Assembly (NCBI GenBank): GCA_049999805.1
Contig: JBNGIO010006272.1
Location: 1 to 64,000, forward strand
From: Folioceros fuciformis
Taxonomy: Eukaryota
Length of the DNA stretch: 64,000 nt
Reading direction: 5' to 3'
This document shows positions 11,692 through 23,100 of this stretch, in pieces (position 1 is the first letter of the stretch; each line of letters starts with the position of its first letter). The translations under genes and the position numbers were made by a program. A model generated the notes under the pieces. That model was not told where the DNA came from. It saw nothing but the letters and a program-made list of their open reading frames with translations, and did no database searches.

Positions 11692-14600
11692 ATGGCATGC
11701 CACTGCAGGCTTGTGCATTTTGCATGCCAAGTGGATGTGTTTGGACAGGTGCCTTGGACTCCGACGCTTGCACAGTGGGGGAAGGGGGAGAGGGCAGTGC
11801 AGTGTCATGCTGAAACCAGAGATGCAGGTGTTACTACTCCTCGTGGGGTGCAATGGCTTGAGAAACTTTGTGACCGAAATGTTGTCACTTGGACGGCCAC
11901 CATATCAGCCTTGTGTAAGGCTGGACGATGGCGGGAAGCTCTGGAGAGGTACCACCAGATGCTGGAGGACGGTGTGGAGCCCAGCAGGTCCACGTTTCTC
12001 AGCTTGCTCAAAGCTTGTGGCAGCTTAGCAGATTTGCAAGAGGGGAGGCGGATCCATGCTCATGTTGTGCGGTACAGATGGATTTCGGATGTATATGTGG
12101 CCACCACTTTGGTTGACATGTATGCGAAGTGTGGAAGCACGGCTGAGGCACGACTTGTGTTTGACGATTTGTGCCAGCGAGATGTCGTGTCGTGGAATGC
12201 CATGCTCGCAGGGTACGCTCAGCAGGAACAAGGACAGAAGGCAATGCAGCTCTACCGCCAGATGAGGAAGGAGGGGATCAGTCCCAATCATCGGACGTTT
12301 GTCAGCCTGCTGCAAGCATGTGGGTGCCTTGCTGATGCGGAAGAAGGGCTTCTCTTGGACGGACAGGTTATCAAGACGGAGGCACTCCATACGGGGAAGG
12401 CTGTACACCATGAAGCTGCACGGATTGGTTGCGAGTCCGATGTTTTTGTATGTACCACTCTTCTCCGTGTGTATGCGAGGTGTGGGAGCATCGTAGATGC
12501 TGAACAAGTGTTTAATACCTTGTCGCACCGCAATGTGGTGTCGTGGAGTGCAATGCTTGCAGCGTATGCTCAGCAGGCTCAAGGTGAAAGGGCTTTGGAG
12601 CTATTTGGGCAAATGCAAGAGGCAAGTGTCAGTCCAGACCATCAGACCATGGTCAGCGTGCTTCAAGCATGCAGTAGTCTGGCAGAAAAGGAGGAAGTTA
12701 TCCCTCTGGATGGACAGGCCATCAAAGTAAACTCACTTCAGAAGGGGAAGGCCGTGCATTCTGACATAGCAATACGTGGGTACGAAGGAAATGTGTTTCT
12801 GTCGAATAGTTTGGTCAGCATGTACACCAAGTGTGGGAGCGTCATCGATGCCGAAACAGTGTTTGACAGATTGTCGCACCGGACTGTGGTGTCTTGGACT
12901 GCGATGCTTGCAGGATATGCTCAGCTGGATGAAGGAGAGAAGGCTTTGAAGCTTTTTGATGAGATGCAAGATGCAGGAATTAGTCCAGATGATAGGACAT
13001 TCGTGAGCGCACTCCAAGCATGTGGAGCCCTTGCCGAAAAGGAAGATGGTCTTCTCTTGTATGGGCCCCCCACCAAAGTGGAGTCACTTTGGCGTGGGAA
13101 GCATTTACATGTTGCAGCAGCCAAAAGGGGCTACGAAGGGGATGTGTATGTTTCGAACACTCTGGTTTCTATGTATGCGAAGTGTGGGAGTCTCCCAGAC
13201 GCAGAAAAAGTGTTTCTCAGGCTATCTCAGCGTAAACTGGAATCATGGAACGCCATGGTGGCGGGATACTCGCAGCTGGGACAGGGCGAGAAGGCTTTTG
13301 AGCTCTACGGGCAAATGCTGCAACTGCACGTAGTGCCTAATCATCGCACCTTTGCTAGCTTGCTTCAAGCATGTGGTTGCCTGGCAGAAAAGGAGGAGGG
13401 TACTTTGGTCAATGGACAGACCATCAAGATCAAGGCGCTGGGTAAGGGGAAAGAAATACACGCTGAAGCTGTAAAGACTGGATGTCTCTCAGATCTGTTT
13501 GTTGCTAATTCTCTTGTTAGTATGTATGCAAAGTGTGGCAGGGTGACAGACGGTGAAGTGGTGTTTGATACAATGCCCAAGCGTAATGCGGTTTCATGGA
13601 GTGCGATGCTTGGAGCATATGCCCAACAAGGAGACGGAGAGAAGGCCTTGGAGCTCTATGCACAGATGCAAGAGGAAGGTGTAAGTCCAGATCATTGGAC
13701 CTTTGTGTGCTTGCTCCAGGCATGCAGTAGCCTTGCTGAAAAGGAAGAAAGCGTCATTGTAGGTCGGCAGTCCATCAAAGTGGAATCACTTCTTCAGGGG
13801 AAAGCGATACATGCTGAGGCCGTCCGACGGGGTTACGAGCCAGATGTATTTGTGGGCGCCAGTCTTGTTAATATGTATTCCAAGTGCGGGAGCGTCACAG
13901 ACGTGGAAAACACGTTCCCCACATTGTTGCAGCCCAATGTGGTATCATGGAATGCAATGCTTGCAGGATATGCCCAGCATGGTGAAGGAGAGAAAGCTTT
14001 GCAGATTTATGACAGAATGCGAACAGATGGGATAAGCCCAGATGATAGGACATTCGTCAACACAATTCAAGCATGTAGCAGCCTTGCGAGAATGGAAGAA
14101 AGCACTGTTTTAAACGGACAGTCCATCAAAGCCGAGTCTTTACGGAAGGGAAAGCAAATACATGTTGAGGCTGCTAAGTTGGGCTATGACAGAGATGTGT
14201 ATGTCTCCAACACGATTCTTAGTATGTATGCTAAGTGTGGGAGCATTACAGATGCTGAGAATGTGTTCTACTCGTTATCTGAGCGCACTTTGGTGTCATG
14301 GAATGCAATGCTTGCAGGATATGCACAGCAGGACCAGGGAGAAAAGGCCTTGGAGCTTTACAAGCAAATGCAACTCGAAGGTGTCGTTCCAGATGATCGA
14401 ACATTTGCCAGCTTGCTCCAAGCTTGTGGTAGCCTTGCTCAGAAGGAGGAAGACGCCATCTTGGATGGGCAGCACCTAAAAGTGCAGACGCTCCGGAAGG
14501 GGCAGGCGATACATGCTGATGTTGTGCATGCTGGTTATCAGTCAGATGCATTTGTTTGCAATGCTCTTGTAACAATGTACGCGAAGTGCGGGAGCGTTAG

Positions 14601-15642
14601 AGACGCACAAGACGTGTTTCACAGACTGTCTCATCGAGATGTGGTGTCATGGACTGCGATGATTGCAGGCTACACCCGGCAGGATGAAGGAGAAAAAGCT
14701 GAGCGATTGTATCACGAGATGCAAGCCGAAGGTGTTGAACCAGATGAGGTCACTTTGGTCTGTGTCCTACAGGCTTGTAGCAGCATGGGGTCTCTGAGTA
14801 AGTGCATTCAGATTCACCGTGAGGTTGTCAAGCGTGAATTTGAGAACAGTCCTATGGTCGCGACTGCTCTTGTCCACGCATACTGCCAGTGTGGGAGCAT
14901 GTTGCACGCTCGGAATGTATTCAAGACTGTTCCCCAAGGCGATGTCTGGGCTTGGACTGCGCTGATTGCCGGGTATGCCAGACAAGGACAACTTGAGCTC
15001 AGCACACGCTGCTTCCAAGAAATGTGTGTGGCAGGGGTACAGCCAAATGGGGTCACGTTTCTCTCTCTCCTGTGTGCGTGCAGCCATGCCGGGAAAGTCG
15101 ACGAAGGCCTGGAATACTTCGAACGCATGATGACGGACTACGGAATCGCTCCCGTGATGGAGCATTTCGCCAGCATGATCGACCTCCTGGGCCGTGCTGG
15201 TTTGTTCAAGAAGGTGGAGGACTTGCTTCAGCACATGCCGATGGAGCCGAACTCAGCCATATGGTTGTCGTTACTCGGAGCTTGCCGAAATCACGGCAAC
15301 GTTACACTGGGAAGACGCGCTTTCGATAATCTGATCCGGTTACAGCCAAAACAGGGCGCAGGCTACGTGCTGATGTCAAACATCTACGCTCATGCTGACA
15401 TGCCGGACCACGCGAAGCAGGTCGAGGAGCTCAGACAGAAAGCAAGTGCTTGGAAAAGACCTGGCCAGAGCTGGATCGAGCACGACCAAGAGGTGCACTC
15501 GTTCGTGGTAGGAGATCGCAAGCATCAACAGCACAAACGGTTGTACGCATACCTCGAGAAGTTGTGCAGGGAGCTGCAATATCAAGAAACGGGGACTGTG
15601 CAAGACACCATTCCACGCGCTTGCGGCCGTCTGCTCTCATGA
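11692..15642 (+). CDS. PLS-class pentatricopeptide repeat protein, E+ type (PG box, no DYW deaminase), intronless
   Basis: Recurrent MYAKCGS / VVSWNAMLAGYAQ / PDxxTFVSLLQAC motifs. E domain followed by WKRPGQSWIE...FVVGDR. No HxE/CxxC motif before the stop. Confidence 0.95.
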   Translation: MACHCRLVHFACQVDVFGQVPWTPTLAQWGKGERAVQCHAETRDAGVTTPRGVQWLEKLCDRNVVTWTATISALCKAGRWREALERYHQMLEDGVEPSRSTFLSLLKACGSLADLQEGRRIHAHVVRYRWISDVYVATTLVDMYAKCGSTAEARLVFDDLCQRDVVSWNAMLAGYAQQEQGQKAMQLYRQMRKEGISPNHRTFVSLLQACGCLADAEEGLLLDGQVIKTEALHTGKAVHHEAARIGCESDVFVCTTLLRVYARCGSIVDAEQVFNTLSHRNVVSWSAMLAAYAQQAQGERALELFGQMQEASVSPDHQTMVSVLQACSSLAEKEEVIPLDGQAIKVNSLQKGKAVHSDIAIRGYEGNVFLSNSLVSMYTKCGSVIDAETVFDRLSHRTVVSWTAMLAGYAQLDEGEKALKLFDEMQDAGISPDDRTFVSALQACGALAEKEDGLLLYGPPTKVESLWRGKHLHVAAAKRGYEGDVYVSNTLVSMYAKCGSLPDAEKVFLRLSQRKLESWNAMVAGYSQLGQGEKAFELYGQMLQLHVVPNHRTFASLLQACGCLAEKEEGTLVNGQTIKIKALGKGKEIHAEAVKTGCLSDLFVANSLVSMYAKCGRVTDGEVVFDTMPKRNAVSWSAMLGAYAQQGDGEKALELYAQMQEEGVSPDHWTFVCLLQACSSLAEKEESVIVGRQSIKVESLLQGKAIHAEAVRRGYEPDVFVGASLVNMYSKCGSVTDVENTFPTLLQPNVVSWNAMLAGYAQHGEGEKALQIYDRMRTDGISPDDRTFVNTIQACSSLARMEESTVLNGQSIKAESLRKGKQIHVEAAKLGYDRDVYVSNTILSMYAKCGSITDAENVFYSLSERTLVSWNAMLAGYAQQDQGEKALELYKQMQLEGVVPDDRTFASLLQACGSLAQKEEDAILDGQHLKVQTLRKGQAIHADVVHAGYQSDAFVCNALVTMYAKCGSVRDAQDVFHRLSHRDVVSWTAMIAGYTRQDEGEKAERLYHEMQAEGVEPDEVTLVCVLQACSSMGSLSKCIQIHREVVKREFENSPMVATALVHAYCQCGSMLHARNVFKTVPQGDVWAWTALIAGYARQGQLELSTRCFQEMCVAGVQPNGVTFLSLLCACSHAGKVDEGLEYFERMMTDYGIAPVMEHFASMIDLLGRAGLFKKVEDLLQHMPMEPNSAIWLSLLGACRNHGNVTLGRRAFDNLIRLQPKQGAGYVLMSNIYAHADMPDHAKQVEELRQKASAWKRPGQSWIEHDQEVHSFVVGDRKHQQHKRLYAYLEKLCRELQYQETGTVQDTIPRACGRLLS

Positions 15643-15758
15643 CCCGTTCTTGAACATGGAGTTCACTGATGAAACAGAGAAAGTCACTCCGACTAACCCT
15701 AGAGTTCTATTACGCAATGTAAGTCTCTATTTCAGTCGCAGAAAACAGTGACCTACGC

Positions 15759-16382
15759 CTACTTTTTCTCCAGTCTGAACGAGTAATCCACTCCCAGATC
15801 TTGATCTTCATGCCCAGGATATAATACGATCGGATTTTTAAAGGAACAGTGTGGCTTGCATGCACGATTCCAGTTAAGCGACTCTGATGCAAGAGTAGAC
15901 TTGGTCAGCAGCATCGTATTTGGCCGCTGGGTTTCACGTTTGGCAGGCTGTCTCGGCATGTTCGCAGCTGGCTGGGGTCCACTTTTAGACTTGATCAACG
16001 AGCTCCCAGGTGGCTTGGACCCAAGCTTCGTCTTGCTGGATGGCGTACTATGCTTCTCGATATCCGCTTCGGCTGGTTTGGCAACGCCAGGTGAAATCTC
16101 CCAATCGAAGGCAACACCGGGAGTTGCTGGCCGAAAGGAAGGACACCTCTCCAGCTCGTATGGCTTCTTGCTTGGCTCAATTTGTTTGCTACTTGTTTCC
16201 TCGGTCGTTTTTCTTGCAATTTCGGATTCGCGTTTGCTCATCCATATGCCAGATCGGAAGATAGGTTTTCGTCTCGAGCGTTTGAACCCTCCCACAGACA
16301 CTTTTGCGAGCTTGATTGAGATCTTCTTTGTCTTCCGAAGTGCCTTCCGATAAGACCTCATGAGGAAGGCGGCCAGCTTCAT
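15759..16382 (-). CDS. Basic protein with DUF688-like motif
   Basis: ATG-initiated 207-aa ORF containing PGVAFDWEISPGVAKP, which resembles the plant PFxWExxPGxPK motif. Confidence 0.55.
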   Translation of the reverse strand: MKLAAFLMRSYRKALRKTKKISIKLAKVSVGGFKRSRRKPIFRSGIWMSKRESEIARKTTEETSSKQIEPSKKPYELERCPSFRPATPGVAFDWEISPGVAKPAEADIEKHSTPSSKTKLGSKPPGSSLIKSKSGPQPAANMPRQPAKRETQRPNTMLLTKSTLASESLNWNRACKPHCSFKNPIVLYPGHEDQDLGVDYSFRLEKK

Positions 16383-16868
16383 TGTCGTTTCGGTAAAATG
16401 CTATTGAGTTTCTTTAACGGACGCGGCAGAAACGTTGGAACATACACTTGAGAATTTTTTTTGTCTGATAATGCATGTTCACATATATAGACGTAGGCAT
16501 TTTAATTCGTTCTCCGACTGAAGCCTAGGTATAATCGGCCCTCCCTAAAATCTCTCGGAAAAAAGCGTATGTATTGTGGGGCCCACCCTAAAAGTGAGTT
16601 GAGTTGGAGAGATCCCGCTCTGACGGAGCCGGGGATTCCCTGAAGGGTAATGGGATGGGATTTCCTCAAACATACGTTACTTCCTTCAATGAAATTTTTA
16701 ATTCTGTGTGTGTGTGTGTGTTTGTGTTACTACCAAAAATGTTCCAGCGACCTGCACCCTCGGGTTTACCTGTGCTTGGATCTGCACAATCTCTTTCAAT
16801 TTACCCGAGATGAGTTCCGGGAATCCATAGTTTGCCACTGACGCCGGAAAAGATTCTATTGGGGTGTC

Positions 16869-19381
16869 TCACGCATTTCCGCTGGAGCCACGTCCAGAAG
16901 ACAGTGTGAAAGGTACGCTTGGTGCGTTACTTGGAGCCTGAAGACTGAAACCCCGACCGCCTCCATACGACTGGTCTTGGTCGTCACCCGATGCCCTTAC
17001 AGTTGCACGCTCATTCCCGTACCTTTGCTTCCCCTGATCCAGCTTTGAACCTGTTGCCCACTTCTCCTTTGGGCTGGAGGTTTCATCACCACCTTTGCTG
17101 ACAGCAGGATCATCTTGAGAACTACCGCTTTGTGACTTGGGCAAATTTCCTGCAATGCCTTTGTATATGGATAGAGCTTGAGCCATCATACTTGCTGGAT
17201 CGGACGCATTGGTTGGAAGAAGCATTGTTGTACCCTGAGACAAAACTTAACCATATCAACGAAGTCCACGAAAGAGCACCACCGATGTTCAAGCAAGAGT
17301 ATGAAAGAATTGGATTCGCAAAGGCAAACCCGGCTGCGCGACAGAGGGATGCCAGAAAAGTGTGTCAGCAAAAAAATAACACATACCTCTTGGGCAATTT
17401 TACCAAAGGCGTGCAAGTATTGCTCTGCGATTCTCAAGGATGCAGCCTGTTACAACACTGGCATCAGTTCCTAAGCCTTGTGAACCAAACGTATTGCCAT
17501 GTACAGACTACACTGGCTTTTTCACGTCGGTGCACAATATCTAGCATACCAAACTTTGTCCATGCTTCAACCAATCTTGAAACAATCACTGTTGTGCTCT
17601 TCAACACGAAACACACTCCCAGTTCAAAAAATGGATGCATTTGCTTGATAGTTAAGGGTGTAATTTCGACCTCAGGACCACCATCAGCTCTGATAGCATG
17701 AGACAGCTCCTTAATACCCTTTGCTGTTGCTTCAGCTTTTGCAAAAATAGCCTCAGCCTCTCCTGTAAGTCATGCAACAACCATGTCACCAACAATGATT
17801 TCAAGGTTAAACATGAGTACATCTTTCCTTCGTTTGCAATGCAGCCTCACCTCGAGCTCGGTTGACTTGATCTGTCATGGCAGCTTCGGATTCCAAGATG
17901 ACAGAGTTCTTTTTTCCATCAGCTCGGTTGATGTGTGCTTGTCTCTCTCCTGTTTGCAGATATGCCGAGATGTCAATTTTCTCATTATCTAGTCAACACA
18001 GTACTTGGACCACAATGATGATCACTTGCCTTCGGACTCCAGCACTTGAGCTCGCTTTCGCCGTTCAGCTTCAGCCTGCATCTCCATAGCTGCTTTTACT
18101 CCGGGTGGGGGGGATATGTCCCCTGCAGGCAGAACTTCCGATGAATGGCACATTCACCTGCTTCTCATGCTCATTCAATGAAAGAAAACCACGGCAAATC
18201 ATTGAAGCCTCATGTAGAGTCACGTAAGCTTAACGAATTTCATATCGGAGACAGGTGAGGCCCCAGTCTGTAGCTGCTTCATTAATTGATTTCTGCACGG
18301 CACCATCGACAATCAGAGGCGCATAAGGTCAAGCACGGCTGAAAGACCATTCCTCGGCCAAGGATACACTTCAATCCCAGGCTCACCACAATGTTCTCAT
18401 TCAACATATCTCTCTCCTCGAAAGTCTTGTCAAGTGTGATTTTCCCAAGCTCACTCCTCATAGTTGTTTGAGCGAGTTGTATGATTGCATAAATGGGATT
18501 TTCCACTCCATATGATGCCTTTATGGGGTCAACAACCTAATCAAAAACCACGTCAGTTTCAGCTTCCTTCATAAAAGTGCTGGCAATGCTCTTCCTTCGA
18601 CATACCGTGAGGAACCAGCAAGTCCAGAACACATCCAACTAATTCTTAGTTCGAAGAAGCGCAGAGAGCAAGGGAGTCTAAAGGGTACTGATACCTTTAC
18701 ATAAAGGACACCATCGATGGATATGCTGACATTATCTTTCGTAATGGCTGTCTGATTAGGAATAGGGATGGCTTCTTCCTTCAGTGAATGCACGTAGGCA
18801 ATCTTATCGACGAAGGGAATCAGCACATGTATGCCCGATCCTAGGGTCTTCATGTACTTCCCAAATCGCTCCACGACGAAGGCACTCTTCTCCGGCACTA
18901 TCCGTATTCCCCAGTTGGTCGGGGGGCTCACTTCATACCTTCAAGGAACTCAGGAATTTACACAACACAACACTCCTCACAATTCCACCATTACGCAGCT
19001 ATCCATGCCCTTTCAGAAGTCAAGCCCTAGTCAGGAGACTACGAGGTGAGGCAGACCCAGATCTAAACCACAAATCAGATGGCAAATTGAAGCTTCTTCC
19101 CCTTGCAGTGCGAATCAAGCAACTGGCGATTACTTTAAGCTCGCTTTCCCCATCGTATAACACTATCCCTGACCCACAGCTCACCTGTAGGTGGCGTCCT
19201 CCCGGAATCGGCTGAACCACCGGACTCCCCCCAATGCTGCCCCCAGCTCACGCCCAGACGAACTGCGGGCAGCAGATTCGCGCAGAGCAAGCCCGACCTG
19301 ATATCCCGATCCATTCGAGAGAGTCGACCTCAGCAAACCCCTTGCCACGGCCACGCCGACCCTCCTGTTCCTCCATGCCAT
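16869..19381 (-). CDS. Stomatin-like protein 2 (mitochondrial SPFH/band-7), multi-exon
   Basis: Arg-rich presequence, [74 protein letters not shown]. Confidence 0.93.
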
Positions 19382-20183
19382 CCTTCCCTCTCACGCACCG
19401 CACGCCCAGCCCAAAGTAGCCCAACTCTTCTCCTACTCCATCCCGATCAACCACGCCGATTCTCCAGCGAGGAGCATCCAAATTTAGACAAGCGCGCCCA
19501 CGGCAGGAAGTTACACTCAAAGCCCCAGCGAAAAGCGTGCATCTTCACAGCAAATCCAGAGATGACCCCAGGCTCACCAGCCAATGCATTAGGCGAGCTC
19601 TGGTGCCGCTGATTTTCAGTCCCCTTAGCGCAAAGTGCAGAATCGGGATACGGATTAGGGTTTGACTTGCGCTTTCAGCAATCGGTGACACCGGTAACCG
19701 GCAACCGGTAACCGGACGGGAGAAACGGAACATGCGAGGGAGAACCTGGGTCCAATTCTCGTTGTGAAGCTTCGCCGGACCGGTCTGCTGGCCAGGCGCG
19801 GGAGTCTGAGACTCTAGAGCAGAGGGGAGGCAGCAGGCCGCGGCCTTCACGACTGCGGCTGCCTTGCTTGGCGCGGAGAGCCGGAACGTTGAACCGTGAA
19901 ACGTGAAGCTAGAGCAAAGCGTGGAGCGTGGAGCTTGGATCCACGATCTCCGCCCAGGAGAGGGGCAGCAGGGTAGAGCGGCCCGAGCCGACCCGAGCCG
20001 GCTGCAGCTGCCGGATCGCATGCTGAATCTGCCAGACATCCTTCCCCAAGGGGGCGTCGCGATGGTGCCCTGGTGGATCCGGGTGGACGGGAATCCGTAG
20101 CGCCAAAGACGGGCTCGCGGCACATTGCAGGAGCGGAGCAGGGTTCAGTGGGGGAGTCGGGGAGGTAGATCAAGGCAGCAGGG

Positions 20184-23100
20184 ATGGCGGTTTCAGGTAT
20201 GAGGGGGCTCTCGGTGTTCATCAGCGACGTACGGAATTGTCAGAACAAGGAGCAAGAACGCCTGCGGGTGGACAAGGAGCTGGCCAACATCCGGACGCGC
20301 TTCAAAAACGAGCGAGTACGTGACGTGCGTGGTTTGGGGTCGGAGTCGGGATTTTGCTAGCTTCTCCATCGACATTTTTGGTTGTGGGTCTTTGGAAGGA
20401 AGGCTGGAGGATCTGGGTTTTGGGAGGGCTGCGGCATCCTCCAACGTGTGTGCTGTTTTGTGGTGTTGCAGCATTTCAACTTAGTCACGACAGCCCGTGT
20501 TTGCATGTCAGCAGGGTCTAACACCTTACGAGAAGAAGAAGTATGTGTGGAAGATGCTGTATATCTACATGCTCGGTTACGACGTTGACTTTGGGCACAG
20601 GGAGACTGTTGCGCTGATCTCGGCTCCTAAGTATGCAGAGAAACAGGTCGGGACTCATCCTTTGTCTGTCCCGGCACATTCCTGGGATTTGCCCCTGATT
20701 TGGTTTGGTTTCCTGTCACTGATGCTCTATCTGATGTCGTCGGGTGCGTCCGAACAGGTGGGTTATATTGTTACGTCGTGCTTGCTGAACGAAAACCATG
20801 ATTTTTTGAGGCTCGTCATCAACACTGTCCGTAATGATATCATCGGCCGCAATGAAACTTTTCAGTGCCTGGCGTTGACCATGGTAATCCGTTTCTGTTT
20901 TTCTCTTTCCTACTAATTCTCGTCAGTCATTCCTTGCTGCAATGCATATCATGCTCTCAAGACAGCTGGTACCTTGCTGAATGAGGATGTCTCTTTGCCA
21001 CAAGCACTGGTGGTGATGATTTCGAGAGAGCAGAGAGGTAATCGTTTCGAGATTTTCGTATATGACGTCCTCCTGCCAACTGCAGGTTGGAAATGTCGGT
21101 GGCAAGGAGTTTTCTGAGTCATTGGCTCCCGATGTTCAAAAGCTTCTGGTGAGGATCGGCACGTACCTGCTTTCAAAAGAAGTTTGGTTGCTTTATATTC
21201 TGCAACCTATACTTCATGGGCCTTCTGTTGCAGATTTCGAGCAGTTGTAGGCCCCTCGTTCGAAAGAAGGCAGCTCTTTGTCTGCTTCGGTTGTATCGAA
21301 AGAATCCGGATGTTGTGAATGTTGATGGCTGGTAAGTTGGATTTGGTAGGCTCCTGTATGGTTCTCATCCGTGCATTCTTGCAAGCACACTGGAAGGCGT
21401 GTGTGCACAGTCTTGGAGCCAATCCAGTCATGCTTCCAATCGTTTATGGGTAACAGGGCTGATCGCATGGCGCAACTGCTAGACGAGAGGGACATTGGTG
21501 TACTCACTGCTGTCACGAGTTTACTTGTGTCATTGGTGGCAACCAGTCCAGAGGTGTATGGGAACTGCGTGCCTAAATGTGTCAAGATCCTTGAGAGGCT
21601 AACAAGGGGCCAGGACATTCCCCAAGAATACACTTACTATGGGATTCCATCTCCATGGTTACAGGTTTTCTTTCACTCCATCTTTTCCTTTGCTGCATGA
21701 GCACCGTATGGAACAAAAGGCAGCCTTTACCACAGAATCTGTAAAATGTATCAGTTTGGAATCACCAAGTTTCAAATCCTGCATAACCAACTATTCGCTT
21801 AGTTGATCTATGATGAATCCTATAGTCTGAAGGTGGATTGGGTGATTGTAAGGGCAGCCATCGTTTCTTATGCTTCACCATTTGCATATTACAGGTAAAG
21901 ACGATGCGCGTTTTGCAATACTTTCCAGCTGTGGAGGATCCAACAATTAGGAGGGCTCTCTTTGAGGTATCAGTCAACATCTTTCAATCTGCCTTTTCTA
22001 CAGACCTTGTGCCTGCGTCTAATTGAAAATTTGTGGGCTGGGTTATGCAGGTTCTTCAGCGGATAATGATGGGGACTGATGTTGTAAAGAACGTGAACAA
22101 GAACAATGCCTCCCATGCGGTTCTTTTTGAAGCTCTTGCTCTTGTAAGCAACAATCTCTGATGATACTGATGCTTCCTGCTGTATGTTATCAGCTCCGCT
22201 TTGTTGTGGATTTGCTGCGAGTCCTTTTATGTTTTCTGGTCGATCACCAGAACGTGGTCTTGGGGGTCTCATGCGTTGATTGCTGAAGTACAGGTTATGC
22301 ACCTGGATGCCGACAAGGACATGCTGTCGCAGTGTGTCACGCTGCTTGGGAAGTTCATAGCTGTTCGGGAGCCCAACATCAGATACCTTGGATTGGTACT
22401 CCTCCCAAATCAGCTCTTTGATGTGTTCTGAAGCTATCACCTCCATCAGTTCACCCTTGGCTGGTGAAGGTGCGCAGCGTATAATCCAGTATTTGCCATG
22501 CAGGAAAACATGACAAGAATGCTGCTGGTGGCAGATGTTCAAGACAGCATCAAGAGGCATCAAGCCCAAATTATCTCGTCACTAAAGGATCCTGACATCA
22601 GGTACTAAAACAGAGTATTACTACACTCAAATCTTTTCGCGGTTGAAATCTCTGTGATGGCTCGTGTTGATTTCCACTGGAATGGGACTCTCCAGCATAC
22701 GGAGAAGATCATTGGATCTGCTATATGGGATGTGTGACGTGAGCAATGCGAAGGATATTGTTGAGGAGCTCTTGGAGGTGATAATCATACCTTAGACACT
22801 CGTTCTGCATCTGGTATTTGACGGTACAGGTGTTAAACCTGCCTTCTGCATGTTGATGCAGTATCTTACAACAGCAGACTTTGGGATCCGGGAAGAGCTG
22901 GCTCTTAAAGCTGCGATCTTAGCAGAGAAGTTTGCTCCAGATGTGTCCTGGTAAGCAGATATTTGGTTGCAGGTTTATCTTCTCTCGTCCGAGCTGTGTT
23001 GATGTCTGGTTGTAGGTTTCACTGCATGGTTTGCCTCTCTCCAGACACTGGCACAGCAATGATCTGTAGATGTGGTGTGCCCTTCTTTCCCTGTCCGTGT

